Shown here: piece by piece, positions 18,407 through 27,534 of the stretch
How the letters are laid out: the number at the start of each line of letters is the position of its first letter
Position numbering within the stretch: position 1 is the stretch's first letter
DNA from: Abditibacterium sp.
GTDB taxonomy: Bacteria > Armatimonadota > Abditibacteriia > Abditibacteriales > Abditibacteriaceae
NCBI GenBank assembly: GCA_965246885.1
Contig: OZ251992.1
Location: 1,088,001 to 1,152,000, forward strand
Reading direction: 5' to 3'
DNA: 64,000 bases
Notes under the pieces: model-generated
What the model saw: only the letters and a program-made list of their open reading frames with translations
Databases searched by the model: none
What the model was told of the DNA's origin: nothing
Translations under genes and position numbers: made by a program

Positions 18407-21037
18407 TCACATCAGCTTGTTCAGTTTGTCCTCGTCGTCGTTGGAGGGCGGGTTGTTGCCTTCGTTGTCGGTGGCGACGATGGCGGGTTCGATTTCGCCG
18501 CCGTCTTCGGGGATAACGGTGGTGAAGACCATCTCGCCGTCGAGGGCGTCCACGAAGATGGTGTCTTGCGCTTTGAAGTCGCCCATCAGGATGCGCTCGG
18601 CGAGCGGGTCTTCGATGAGGCGCTGCACGGCGCGGCGCAAGGGGCGCGCTCCGAATTGGCGGTCGTAGCCTTCGCGGGCGAGCAGTTCTTTGGCGCGCGG
18701 CAGGAACTCCAACTTGATGTCGCGGCGCACCAGTTCGTCGGACAGGCGCTTGGAGAACAAGTCCACGATCTGGAAAATCTCGTCGCGGTTGAGGTGGTGG
18801 AACACGATGACCTCGTCAATGCGGTTGCGAAGTTCGGGGCGGAACGCCTTGTTATAAGCGTCCATGACCTTCGACTTCAGTTCGCGGTAAGCGGCACTCG
18901 CGTCGCCCGTGTCGGCGGCGCGGTTGAGCAAACCGAGGTTCTGACCGAGGCTCGCCGTGCCGACGTTGCTCGTCATGATGATGACGGTGTTCTTGAAATC
19001 CACCACGCGGCCCTGCGCATCGGTCAAGCGGCCATCCTCGAATATCTGGAGCAGCGTATTGAAGATGTCCGGGTGCGCTTTCTCGATTTCGTCGAACAAG
19101 ACCACCGAGTAGGGGCGGCGGCGCACTTGCTCGGTGAGTTGCCCGCCCTCGTCGTAGCCAACATAACCGGGAGGTGAGCCGAGCATGCGCGACACGTTGA
19201 AGTGTTCGGCGTATTCGCTCATGTCGAGCCGGATGAGGGCGCTTTCGTCGTCGAAGAGGAACTCGGCCAAGGCTTTGGCGAGTTCGGTTTTGCCCACGCC
19301 CGTCGGCCCGACGAACATGAACACGCCGATGGGCCGCTTGGCATCCTTGAGACCGGCTCTGCCGCGCCGCACGGCTTTCGAGACGGTGCGAATCGCTTCG
19401 TCTTGACCGATGATGCGCCCGTGCAGTTCATCTTCCATGCGCAAAAGGCGCGCGGTTTCGGCTTCGGTCAGCTTTTTGACCGGCACGCCCGTCCACTCGG
19501 ACACAATCGAGGCGATGTCGTCTTCGGTGACGAGCGGTAGCTCCTCGCCGTCGTCTTCGCGCTCGGACTGCCACGATTCCTGCGCCGCCGCCAACCGCTC
19601 TTCCAATTCGGTCGCGCGGTCGCGCAGTTCGGCGGCTTTTTCGTATTCGTCGGCGTTGACCGCTTCTTCCTTGCGCGCGTTGACCTCGTCCAATTCGCGC
19701 GTCAGTTCGCGCACTTCCTTGGGCGGCAAGGCGATTTGCAGTTTGACGCGCGAACCGGCCTCGTCTATTAGGTCAATGGCTTTGTCGGGCAGTTGGCGCT
19801 GCGTGATGTAACGCTGCGACAGTTCGACGGCGTCCTTGAGGGCCTCGTCGGTGATTTTGACGCCGTGAAACTCCTCGTAGCGCCCACGCAAACCCTTGAG
19901 AATCTCGATGGCGTCTTCGGCGGACGGTTCCGGCACGAGCACCATCTGGAAGCGCCGCTCCAACGCGCCCGACTTTTCGATGTACTTGCGATATTCATCG
20001 AGCGTGGTGGCGCCCATGCAGCGCATTTCGCCGCGCGCAAGGGCGGGCTTGAGCATATTGGAGGCGTCTATTGCGCCTTCTGCCGCGCCCGCGCCAATGA
20101 TGGTGTGCAACTCGTCAATAAAGACGATGATTTTGCCGCTCGACGAGCGGATTTCCTGCATGATGCGCTTCATGCGCTCCTCGAACTCGCCGCGATATTT
20201 GGTTCCGGCGACAACCGTCGCCAAATCGAGGGCGATGATGCGCTTGTCCAAGAGCGGTTCGGGCACGTCGCGGTTGACGATGCGCTGCGCCAAGCCTTCG
20301 ACAATGGCAGTTTTACCCACGCCCGCTTCGCCGACCAAAACGGGGTTGTTCTTGTTGCGGCGGCAAAGGATTTGGATGGCGCGGTCAATCTGCTTTTCGC
20401 GCCCGATGACCGGGTCTAACTTGCCTTCTTGGGCCAGTTGGTTGATGTCGCGGCCAAACGAATCGAGCGCCGGAGTTTGGCTACGCCCGGTTTTGCCACT
20501 GTCGCGGCCAGAGCCGCCGCCCACGCCCGCCTTTTCGGGCTGGCCCGGTTCGCCGCGCCCGCCCGCGCCCGTTTGCGACGAGGGCGATTGATTCGCCCCC
20601 GCGTCGGGGCCAAGATACTCCATGACCTGCGCGCGCGCCTTTTCGAGGTTCAGCCCCAAACGGCGTAGCACCGTCGCGGCCAATCCATCCTTCTCGCGCA
20701 GGAGGGCGAGAAGCAAGTGTTCCGTGCCGATGTAGTTGTGCCGCATGCGGCGCGCTTCGTCGGCGGCGAGTTCGAGAACGCGCTTGGCTTTGGGCGTGAG
20801 CTTGGGTTCCGCCGAGCCGGGGTCGGCGCCGGGTTGGACTTCGGCCTCGATTTCTTGGCGCACCTTGCCCAGCGACACGCCCATTTTTTGTAAGACCTGC
20901 GCGGCCACGCCCTCGTTTTCACGCACGAGGCCCAGCAGGAGATGTTCCGTTCCCACGTGCCCGGAACTCATCTTGCCCGCCTCTTCTTGGCCAAGCAGGA
21001 TGACGCGCCGCGCTCTTTCGGTAAAACGTTGCCACAT
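18407..21037 (-). CDS. clpC: ATP-dependent Clp protease ATPase ClpC
   Basis: Clp N repeats, [20 protein letters not shown], short UVR-type M domain, [18 protein letters not shown]. Confidence 0.95.
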   Translation of the reverse strand: MWQRFTERARRVILLGQEEAGKMSSGHVGTEHLLLGLVRENEGVAAQVLQKMGVSLGKVRQEIEAEVQPGADPGSAEPKLTPKAKRVLELAADEARRMRHNYIGTEHLLLALLREKDGLAATVLRRLGLNLEKARAQVMEYLGPDAGANQSPSSQTGAGGRGEPGQPEKAGVGGGSGRDSGKTGRSQTPALDSFGRDINQLAQEGKLDPVIGREKQIDRAIQILCRRNKNNPVLVGEAGVGKTAIVEGLAQRIVNRDVPEPLLDKRIIALDLATVVAGTKYRGEFEERMKRIMQEIRSSSGKIIVFIDELHTIIGAGAAEGAIDASNMLKPALARGEMRCMGATTLDEYRKYIEKSGALERRFQMVLVPEPSAEDAIEILKGLRGRYEEFHGVKITDEALKDAVELSQRYITQRQLPDKAIDLIDEAGSRVKLQIALPPKEVRELTRELDEVNARKEEAVNADEYEKAAELRDRATELEERLAAAQESWQSEREDDGEELPLVTEDDIASIVSEWTGVPVKKLTEAETARLLRMEDELHGRIIGQDEAIRTVSKAVRRGRAGLKDAKRPIGVFMFVGPTGVGKTELAKALAEFLFDDESALIRLDMSEYAEHFNVSRMLGSPPGYVGYDEGGQLTEQVRRRPYSVVLFDEIEKAHPDIFNTLLQIFEDGRLTDAQGRVVDFKNTVIIMTSNVGTASLGQNLGLLNRAADTGDASAAYRELKSKVMDAYNKAFRPELRNRIDEVIVFHHLNRDEIFQIVDLFSKRLSDELVRRDIKLEFLPRAKELLAREGYDRQFGARPLRRAVQRLIEDPLAERILMGDFKAQDTIFVDALDGEMVFTTVIPEDGGEIEPAIVATDNEGNNPPSNDDEDKLNKLM

Positions 21038-21217
21038 AATTTGTTTGAAAATACGAACCGCAGGGGGAGGTGTTGACGCTCCCGCCGAAGCAGGCTGTCA
21101 ACTCGCCCTTAACCTGACTACGGGAGCGCCCTTTCGTTCCCCGCGCGATGCGGGCGAGTCTAAAAGAGCCGTGTTTCGAGGAGGTGACAGCGAGAAAGAA
21201 AATCTTTAAAAACCCCC

Positions 21218-21253
21218 TTGACAAGAAGCAGTCCTATCTGTATAGTCTTGTCA
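21218..21253 (+). promoter_or_regulatory. Sigma70-type promoter overlapped by an inverted repeat
   Basis: TTGACA (21218-21223)-17 nt-TATAGT (21241-21246); TGACAAGA-N19-TCTTGTCA dyad. Confidence 0.7.
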
Positions 21254-21282
21254 TCCTGTTTCAGTGAGAGAAATGAACGGGT

Positions 21283-21885
21283 GTGGCACAGCCTCAATCC
21301 AAAACAGTTGATGTTGCCACATTGAGGGATTCTATGACAAATAACCTTGCAACCGAGTTTAACGAGATCCTGCCCACGATCTCAAATGATGCTGACCTTC
21401 GCACCTCAATGCTGAATCTTATTGCGAATGAACCAATCTCTGGCAAAGTAACACAAGGAGGAAATCGTTTGGAACGGTTTCGACGTGTCTTAGAGGAGTT
21501 AGTCAATGGAAGCATCGATTTGACCGTAGCAATCGGACGTGTTCAAACTGACATTCCCAGAGATTCATCTGCCCACAGTGGTAGCAATAACGTGTTCGCC
21601 AGCGGATGGGAGGAGAGGTTGATTAGGATTCAGCTTAGTAGATTTTACAACCAAGCTGTTATGGAGAAGTTGATGAGCGAGGGTGAAAAAGAATGCTATG
21701 TTCCTCATTCAACTGAACAGAATCCCAATTCACCATGTTCTCTACATCTTGCGGGACGAAATCAGAATATACAAGTTCTCCATACCCGTCTCGTTAAGTC
21801 ATATGGTCAAGGCGACTATTCAGACAGAAGCCCAAAAATTCCTGACCATCCTTACTGCACTCATGTAGTCACCCGCAAGCTGTAA
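21283..21885 (+). CDS. Lower-GC hypothetical protein with a MuF-like P.HP.C C-terminal motif
   Basis: ERLIRIQLSRFYNQA...C...KIPDHPYCTHVV; lies downstream of a near-consensus promoter. Confidence 0.65.
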   Translation: MAQPQSKTVDVATLRDSMTNNLATEFNEILPTISNDADLRTSMLNLIANEPISGKVTQGGNRLERFRRVLEELVNGSIDLTVAIGRVQTDIPRDSSAHSGSNNVFASGWEERLIRIQLSRFYNQAVMEKLMSEGEKECYVPHSTEQNPNSPCSLHLAGRNQNIQVLHTRLVKSYGQGDYSDRSPKIPDHPYCTHVVTRKL

Positions 21886-21912
21886 CATCTCGATTGGAGA
21901 GGAATTAACATC

Positions 21913-22365
21913 ATGGAAATATTCTTCGGCTTAGCTATTATTGTCCCGATTGTCCTTGCGATCTACCTCAAAGTGGTTGACGTTATGAAACTTCGCCGCA
22001 TGACGCCTGATCAGAAGGATGCCGAAATGGTTCGTAGGAGGGCGAGTGCGGAGTGGGAGGCTCAACGCAATCAACAAGTATTTCAGAACCTCACACAGGC
22101 TAACAAGACGGGCCGAGAGAATCAGGCGAAGCGTGAATACGAGAAGCAATACGGTGAAGTTAATGCCGCGATGGTGTGTCCACATTGTCAGACGAAAGGA
22201 AAGGTGGAGACGAAGCACATCACGCAAAAGAAAGGCATTAGTGAAAGCAAAGCCGCCGCCGCAGTTGTTACAGGCGGTTTATCCGTCCTTGCCGTTGGTC
22301 TTTCACGCAAAGAAGGAGCTACTCAAGCGCACTGCGGTAGTTGTGGAAACACTTGGTCGTTCTAA
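21913..22365 (+). CDS. Membrane-anchored zinc-ribbon protein
   Basis: N-terminal TM; CPHC...HCGSC; GGAGG Shine-Dalgarno. Confidence 0.7.
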   Translation: MEIFFGLAIIVPIVLAIYLKVVDVMKLRRMTPDQKDAEMVRRRASAEWEAQRNQQVFQNLTQANKTGRENQAKREYEKQYGEVNAAMVCPHCQTKGKVETKHITQKKGISESKAAAAVVTGGLSVLAVGLSRKEGATQAHCGSCGNTWSF

Positions 22366-22370
22366 CGGGC

Positions 22371-22408
22371 AAAAAGCCCGCGCCATCGCTTGATGTCGCG
22401 GGCTTTTT
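22371..22408. terminator. Bidirectional intrinsic terminator-like hairpin
   Basis: AAAAAGCCCGCG...CGCGGGCTTTTT. Confidence 0.7.
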
Positions 22409-22444
22409 GCGGGCTACCGTCTGTGGCGCCGCCAAACTCCCCTC

Positions 22445-22999
22445 ATGGCAACCGGACGGAACAACAAATTGACGGGGCAGATTGGGGAGTTTTTGGTGTG
22501 CGCAGAATTGGGTAAGCGCGGGCTGATTGCCACGCCGTTTGCGGGCAATGTTCCGGCGTTCGATGTGTTGGCGGCGGATGAACTGTGCCGGACGGTGCCG
22601 CTTCAAGTCAAAGCCTCGACGGGCGACAACTGGCCCGCCGATGCCCGTGATTGGATGAACATCGAACTTGACCCCGCGAGCGGGCGGCAGAACTTCGGCG
22701 GCGCGAAGGCCATCGTCAATCCCGACTTGATTCATGTGTGCGTGACCATCGCTCCGCCCGCAAGCGGGGCGCGCGACCGCTTTTTCGTCTTGTGCAAACG
22801 GGATGTTCAAGCGGCGATCATCGGCAGCTACTCGCTGTGGATGGACAAACGCGACTGGATTCGCCCACGCAATCCGGCCAGCTTCGACTCGCGCTATTAT
22901 CTGCCGAACATCGAGAAGTTCGAGGACAACTGGCAATTGGTGATTGACCGCCTCGAATCGTCAGATTCGCCGTCATCGCTGCGTTCGCCGCAAGAGTAG
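22445..22999 (+). CDS. PD-(D/E)xK restriction-endonuclease-like protein
   Basis: TGQIGEFLVCAELGKRG...GNVPAFDVLA.......LQVKAS pattern. Confidence 0.7.
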   Translation: MATGRNNKLTGQIGEFLVCAELGKRGLIATPFAGNVPAFDVLAADELCRTVPLQVKASTGDNWPADARDWMNIELDPASGRQNFGGAKAIVNPDLIHVCVTIAPPASGARDRFFVLCKRDVQAAIIGSYSLWMDKRDWIRPRNPASFDSRYYLPNIEKFEDNWQLVIDRLESSDSPSSLRSPQE

Positions 23000-23030
23000 A
23001 AATCGCTTACAATCTGTTGCGGAGGATTCT

Positions 23031-23231
23031 ATGAAAAACCCGACTTGGGACGACTCGCGTCCCCATACCGAGGAAGAGACTAAAGCGGAGATTGACCGCT
23101 TGGCGGCTGACATTCAGCGAATGTTGGATTCCATCGGCCAAACTCAGGAGCGCACGGCGCGCTCGCGTGAGCAGACCGAAAACAACTTGAAGTGGATTCG
23201 GGAGAATCTCCATGCTGGAAAGACTGTTTAG
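23031..23231 (+). CDS. Small coiled-coil protein A (KAEIDRL family)
   Basis: GGAGGA SD; MKNPTWDDSRPHTEEETKAEIDRLAADIQRMLDS... Confidence 0.7.
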   Translation: MKNPTWDDSRPHTEEETKAEIDRLAADIQRMLDSIGQTQERTARSREQTENNLKWIRENLHAGKTV

Positions 23232-23538
23232 CCTGTTCCGTCTTCTGTGGGACGCGGGCGCGAAGACGGACAAAAACACCAAGGACATAGGCGCCCTTCA
23301 AGAACAAAACCAAGAGTCCACGCAATCCATCCGGGTTCTTATCGTGGAGCGCGAAAGAGACCGCGAGGCCGCCGAACTACGAGAGAGAGCCTCGCAAGAC
23401 CACATCGCCTCGCTTGAAAAAGAAATCCAAAGTTTGCGCCGCGAACTCCATGTTGCTCAAGAAAATACCGAACTCAGGGTGCGTTTGGCTTTGTCCGAAT
23501 TTCTGCGCCAACTGCCGCCGCCCGACAAACCGGAATAA
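23212..23538 (+). CDS. Small coiled-coil protein B (MLERL..WDAG..RQLPPP family)
   Basis: Overlaps gene A by 20 nt; amphipathic N-terminal helix, heptad coil, C-terminal EFLRQLPPP. Confidence 0.75.
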   Translation: MLERLFSLFRLLWDAGAKTDKNTKDIGALQEQNQESTQSIRVLIVERERDREAAELRERASQDHIASLEKEIQSLRRELHVAQENTELRVRLALSEFLRQLPPPDKPE

Positions 23539-23577
23539 GAGCATCGGCACCATCCCTGTTGGAGGAGGGGACAATCC

Positions 23578-23829
23578 ATGAAAAATCTTCTTTGGCGTTT
23601 GTGGCGTGAGTGGCTAAGGGCGCTGAAGCAACGGGTCAAGGAGAAGCAGGAGCGCGACCGCTATTACAAGGCGGAGATTCGTCGCCTCTTCCGCGAGATT
23701 CAGGAGATGCAAGAAGAAACGCGCCAAACGCAGGAGCGTAGCGCGCGTATGGCGGAAAGGACTCAGCGAACTTTGCGGGATATTGAGGCGAGGCTGGCCC
23801 GCGACGCCGAGCGCCGTTCCAACCCATAA
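23578..23829 (+). CDS. Third A-like small coiled-coil protein
   Basis: GGAGG SD; YKAEIRRLFREIQEMQEETRQTQERSARM aligns with TKAEIDRLAADIQRMLDSIGQTQERTARS. Confidence 0.7.
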   Translation: MKNLLWRLWREWLRALKQRVKEKQERDRYYKAEIRRLFREIQEMQEETRQTQERSARMAERTQRTLRDIEARLARDAERRSNP

Positions 23830-23856
23830 AACCCGCGCTCCCGTCGCGGGTTTTTT
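23828..23856 (+). terminator. Intrinsic terminator
   Basis: AAAACCCGCG-CTCCCGT-CGCGGGTTTTTT. Confidence 0.7.
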
Positions 23857-23897
23857 CGTGTTCGGTGCGACTCCGGCAAACTGTGGGCGAGGTTTCG

Positions 23898-24626
23898 ATG
23901 GATTTTCAACACCGGCTGATTTATTTGGTTCTGGCGCTTCCAGCGTTTGTGGCGGCGTTTACGATTCACGAGTTCGCCCACGCGTACGTGGCCGACCAGT
24001 TGGGCGACGATACGGCGCGGCGGGCGGGCAAGCTCACCCTCGACCCGTTCAAGCAACTCGACCCCGTTGGCTCCTTGTTTTTGGTGGTGACGATTCTCTT
24101 GGGGTTGCCGCCGTTGGGCTGGGCGTCGGTGCCAGTCAACCGGCGCAACTTCAAAAACCCGCGCCGCGACGACAGCCTCGTGTCGGTCGCGGGGCCGCTG
24201 TCCAACGTCGCGCAGGCTTTCGTGTGGCTTGGCCTGCTTTACCTCGTGCGCTTCGCGGCGGACGCGGCGCACTCCACGATTCCGGCGCAGACTGTGCTGG
24301 ACATCCTCGCACTCAAACCGGACATCTCCTCGCCTTGGGTGGGTTTGGCCGCCGCTTGCGCCATTGGCGTCACGCTCAACCTATCTATGGCGGTCTTCAA
24401 TATGCTGCCCATCCCGCCTTTCGACGGCGGCTTCATTATGCAGAACATTGTGCCCGCGCTCGCGCCGGTTTATGATGCCATTCGCCCGTTCTCGTTTATG
24501 ATCTTGTTCCTGATTATTCAGAACAGCGCAGTTTTGAATTTCGTCTTCGAGCCGGTGCACCGCTTCGGCGACGGGCTGGTGTTGCAAGCGACGGGCTACG
24601 ACCCGCACGACTTCGTTTACAAATGA
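23898..24626 (+). CDS. Site-2 protease (M50 family)
   Basis: HEFAHA, AGKLTLDP, VAGPLSN, FNMLPIPPFDGG. Confidence 0.92.
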   Translation: MDFQHRLIYLVLALPAFVAAFTIHEFAHAYVADQLGDDTARRAGKLTLDPFKQLDPVGSLFLVVTILLGLPPLGWASVPVNRRNFKNPRRDDSLVSVAGPLSNVAQAFVWLGLLYLVRFAADAAHSTIPAQTVLDILALKPDISSPWVGLAAACAIGVTLNLSMAVFNMLPIPPFDGGFIMQNIVPALAPVYDAIRPFSFMILFLIIQNSAVLNFVFEPVHRFGDGLVLQATGYDPHDFVYK

Positions 24627-25390
24627 TGCACTCTCCCGACACCGACCGCTTTGTCGGCCACAAAGTGCGTTTGGACAGCTTTGAAGGGCCGCTCGACTTG
24701 TTGCTATACCTCGTGCGCGCGCACCGCTACGACATCTGCGACATCCCCATTGCCCAAATCACCGGACAGTTCATGGAGTATGTTGGGGCGCTGCGCGAAG
24801 TGGATGCCGAAAGTGCTGGCGAGTTTTTAGTCACTGCCGCGACGCTTATGCAAATCAAGGCGCGGATGTTATTACCGCGCGCGCAGTCCAGCAACGAAGA
24901 AGTGATGGACGAAGAACCAGCCGACCCGCGCGCCGAGTTGGTCGAACAGTTGCTCGAATTGCAACGCTTCCAAGAGGCCGCCGATACTTTAAAGCACAAG
25001 CGGGAGGAATGGACGGACATCTTCCGCCGTCCGGTATTGGCGGCGCAATTGAGTTTGTTCGACGACGAACCGCTATCGTTGGCACCGGGAGAAGTTTCGA
25101 GCTTCGACCTGCTCTCAGCACTCAAGCGAGTGCTGAGACGCTTGGAAGAAGCGCCGGTTGCTTTAGTTAAACGCGAGCCGTTTACCCTGCCGGAACGCCT
25201 GAAAATAGTATCTGCTCGCATCACCAACTTCCAAGGCGGCGCGACCTTCGAGTTTCTGTGCGACGACTGCACTTCGCGCTTGGAAGTTGTCATCACGTTC
25301 TTGGCGGTATTGGAACTCATCAAGCGCGGCAACCTCAAAGTGCGACAGTTGACCTTGTTTGACGAGATTTATTTAGAGCGCCACTCATGA
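24623..25390 (+). CDS. scpA: Segregation and condensation protein A
   Basis: FEGPLDLLLYL, EFLVTAATLMQIKARMLLP, DPRAELV, VITFLAVLEL. Confidence 0.95.
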   Translation: MMHSPDTDRFVGHKVRLDSFEGPLDLLLYLVRAHRYDICDIPIAQITGQFMEYVGALREVDAESAGEFLVTAATLMQIKARMLLPRAQSSNEEVMDEEPADPRAELVEQLLELQRFQEAADTLKHKREEWTDIFRRPVLAAQLSLFDDEPLSLAPGEVSSFDLLSALKRVLRRLEEAPVALVKREPFTLPERLKIVSARITNFQGGATFEFLCDDCTSRLEVVITFLAVLELIKRGNLKVRQLTLFDEIYLERHS

Positions 25391-25393
25391 TTT

Positions 25394-25469
25394 TTAACCA
25401 CAGATGGACGCGGATGGACACAGATGTTTTTGGATTCTTATCCGCGTCCATCTGCGTTCATCTGTGGTT
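25394..25469. repeat. Hairpin element built of 10-bp sub-repeats (family copy 2) between scpA and scpB
   Basis: AACCACAGATGGACGCGGATGGACACAGATG-loop-ATCCGCGTCCATCTGCGTTCATCTGTGGTT. Confidence 0.8.
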
Positions 25470-25481
25470 CCATTTTCTTCT

Positions 25482-26030
25482 ATGAACCCAACTGATTTAG
25501 TGGAAGCTCTCTTGTTCGCGTCGGAGAAACCGGTTCCACTCGCCAAATTAGCCGCCGCCGCGATGCTATCGCCCGAAGAAGTGGCTGTGGCGTTGCAAGG
25601 GTTGGAGCGCGAGAAGGAGTTAGTGGGCGCGCTACGGGTGGTCGAGGTGGCGGGCGGGTGGACGCTGGCGACAAAGCCGGGATTTGCAAGTGCGATTCGG
25701 CGACTGCGCGATGAAAAGCGGCCCAAACTGTCGCGGGCGGCCTTTGAAACGCTTGCGGTGGTGGCGTATCGGCAACCCGCGACGCGCGGCGACATCGAGC
25801 AGTTGCGCGGAGTGGAATCGGGCGCGACGCTGAACCTCTTGCTCGAACGAAAATTGGTGGCGCCCGCCGGTCGGCGCGACTCGCCCGGTCGTCCGTTTCT
25901 GTTCAAGACGACGCCGCAGTTCTTGGAAGCGTTCGGACTCAACTCGCTGGAAGATTTGCCCGCCTTGGAAGAGTTCGCGCTCATGGGCGAGGCCGCGCCA
26001 GCGACGCTCAACTTGTTCGGCGGGACGTAG
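25482..26030 (+). CDS. scpB: Segregation and condensation protein B
   Basis: VEALLFAS, LSRAAFETLAVVAYRQPATRGDIEQLRGV, PGRPFLFKTT.QFL..FGL.SLEDLP. Confidence 0.95.
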   Translation: MNPTDLVEALLFASEKPVPLAKLAAAAMLSPEEVAVALQGLEREKELVGALRVVEVAGGWTLATKPGFASAIRRLRDEKRPKLSRAAFETLAVVAYRQPATRGDIEQLRGVESGATLNLLLERKLVAPAGRRDSPGRPFLFKTTPQFLEAFGLNSLEDLPALEEFALMGEAAPATLNLFGGT

Positions 26031-26059
26031 TTCTTCGCGCGGCGGACGTCCGCCGCGCA

Positions 26060-27043
26060 ATGGCAGAGGTAATTCTTCGGGTGGCGCGGGCGCGTGGGCG
26101 AGGGGCGCGGGCGCGTGGGTCGCCCACAGACGCCGGTGATTCGCTCACACTCGTCGTTGTGCCGCCGTTTTGCCCCTTTATCCGCGACGCCGACTTCGCG
26201 GCGCGCGCGCCTTGGGTCGTGGCCGAGCGGAGGTTGCTCGATTACCTGCTGGTTTGCGTGCAAGAGGGCGAGTGCGTTTTCACCCTCGACGGCGCCGCAA
26301 TGCGCCCCCTCGTCGGGCAGTTCTGCCTCGTGCGGCCCGGCCAGCGCGTCCACTTGCGCGGGCGCACGCACACCGTCACGCCCTACGCGCACTTCGACGC
26401 CACCTACAACGCGCGGCGCGGCGACTCCTTCGCCACGCGGCCCGGGCAACTCGACTTGGATGCCTATGGCGCTCTGTTGCAGCCGCCCTTGCCGCTTTTG
26501 GTGCCCTTGCCCTCCGTCTTTTTCCCACCCGACGGCGACGCGGCGCGCGCGCGGTGGCGCGCGCTCATCGAACGCTGGAACGGCGGGAATGAACTCTCGC
26601 GCTTTGAGGCCAACGCCGCGCTGGGCGTGCTCTTGCTCGAATGGGCGCGCCATTTCGCCGAATTAGAGGGGCGCGTCCAACCCGCCTCGAAGCCGTTGGG
26701 CTGGGTCGAGTCCTACTTGGGCGCGCATTTGGGGGAAGCTGTGGCGGTCGAGGTGATGGCCCGCCGCGCGCGCTTGTCCATCGCGCGCTTTCACGTCGTT
26801 TTTAAGCGAGAGTTCGGCACCACGCCCGCGCGCTACTTGACCGCGCTGCGTGTGCGGCACGCGGGGGAACTTCTGCAAACCACCGACTGGACGCTCGCCC
26901 ACATTGCCCACTTGTGCGGCTTCGCCGACGTGCACTCCTTCGCCAAAGCCTTTAAACGCGTGCACGGATGCACACCGGGCGAGTTCCGGCACGGAGTGCA
27001 AGCGACTGAAGTCGCAGCCAGCAGAAACGTCAACCTTCGTTGA
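26060..27043 (+). CDS. AraC-family transcriptional regulator (start uncertain)
   Basis: Cupin-like N-terminus; FKREFGTTPARYL..LR...A.ELL......IAHLCGF.D.HSFAKAFKR.HG.TP.EFR. Confidence 0.85.
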   Translation: MAEVILRVARARGRGARARGSPTDAGDSLTLVVVPPFCPFIRDADFAARAPWVVAERRLLDYLLVCVQEGECVFTLDGAAMRPLVGQFCLVRPGQRVHLRGRTHTVTPYAHFDATYNARRGDSFATRPGQLDLDAYGALLQPPLPLLVPLPSVFFPPDGDAARARWRALIERWNGGNELSRFEANAALGVLLLEWARHFAELEGRVQPASKPLGWVESYLGAHLGEAVAVEVMARRARLSIARFHVVFKREFGTTPARYLTALRVRHAGELLQTTDWTLAHIAHLCGFADVHSFAKAFKRVHGCTPGEFRHGVQATEVAASRNVNLR

Positions 27044-27099
27044 CGACATACCGTCGGCGAAGGCCGACAACCTCGCTGGCTGCGACTTCAGTCGCTTGC
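26998..27099. repeat. REP/REPIN-like palindromic element (25-bp perfect inverted repeats)
   Basis: GCAAGCGACTGAAGTCGCAGCCAGC (26998-27022) pairs with 27075-27099; inner hairpins CGTCAAC-CTTC-GTTGACG and GTCGGC-GAAG-GCCGAC. Confidence 0.85.
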
Positions 27100-27120
27100 C
27101 CATTTGTCAAACTCTTCCCA

Positions 27121-27522
27121 ATGCACACGCTTCGGTTGACAACGCACGAGCCGTGCGAGATGGTCAACATCACCACGCAAGTCCAAAATCTGGTCGCGCA
27201 AAGCGGCGTCAAGCGCGGCTTGTGCCTCATCTGCGCGCCGCACACCACCGCCGGAATTGCCGTTCAAGAGGGGTTCGACCCCGATGTCGTGCGCGACACG
27301 CTCAAAACGTTGGAGCGCCTCGCGCCCAAAACCGGCGACTATCGGCACGCCGAAGGGAACTCGGACGCGCACATCAAGGCGCTGATGACGGGAAGCAGTC
27401 AAACTCTGCCGGTCGAATACGGCAAATTGCAGTTAGGGCGCTGGCAGGCCGTGTTCTTTTGCGAATACGACGGCCCGCGCGAACGGAGCGTCTGGGTGCA
27501 AATCTTGGAAAGCTCCTCGTAG
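27121..27522 (+). CDS. yjbQ: YjbQ/UPF0047 secondary thiamine-phosphate synthase family
   Basis: PHTTAGI, YRHAEGNSDAHIKA, LGRWQAVFFCEYDGPRER. Confidence 0.9.
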   Translation: MHTLRLTTHEPCEMVNITTQVQNLVAQSGVKRGLCLICAPHTTAGIAVQEGFDPDVVRDTLKTLERLAPKTGDYRHAEGNSDAHIKALMTGSSQTLPVEYGKLQLGRWQAVFFCEYDGPRERSVWVQILESSS

Positions 27523-27534
27523 GAGGTGAACATT

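Noticed and set aside
21040..21200. Structured leader, riboswitch or CtsR box upstream of clpC
   Set aside because: Only short alternative stems (GTTGAC/GTCAAC, CGCTCCCG/CGGGAGCG); no recognisable consensus
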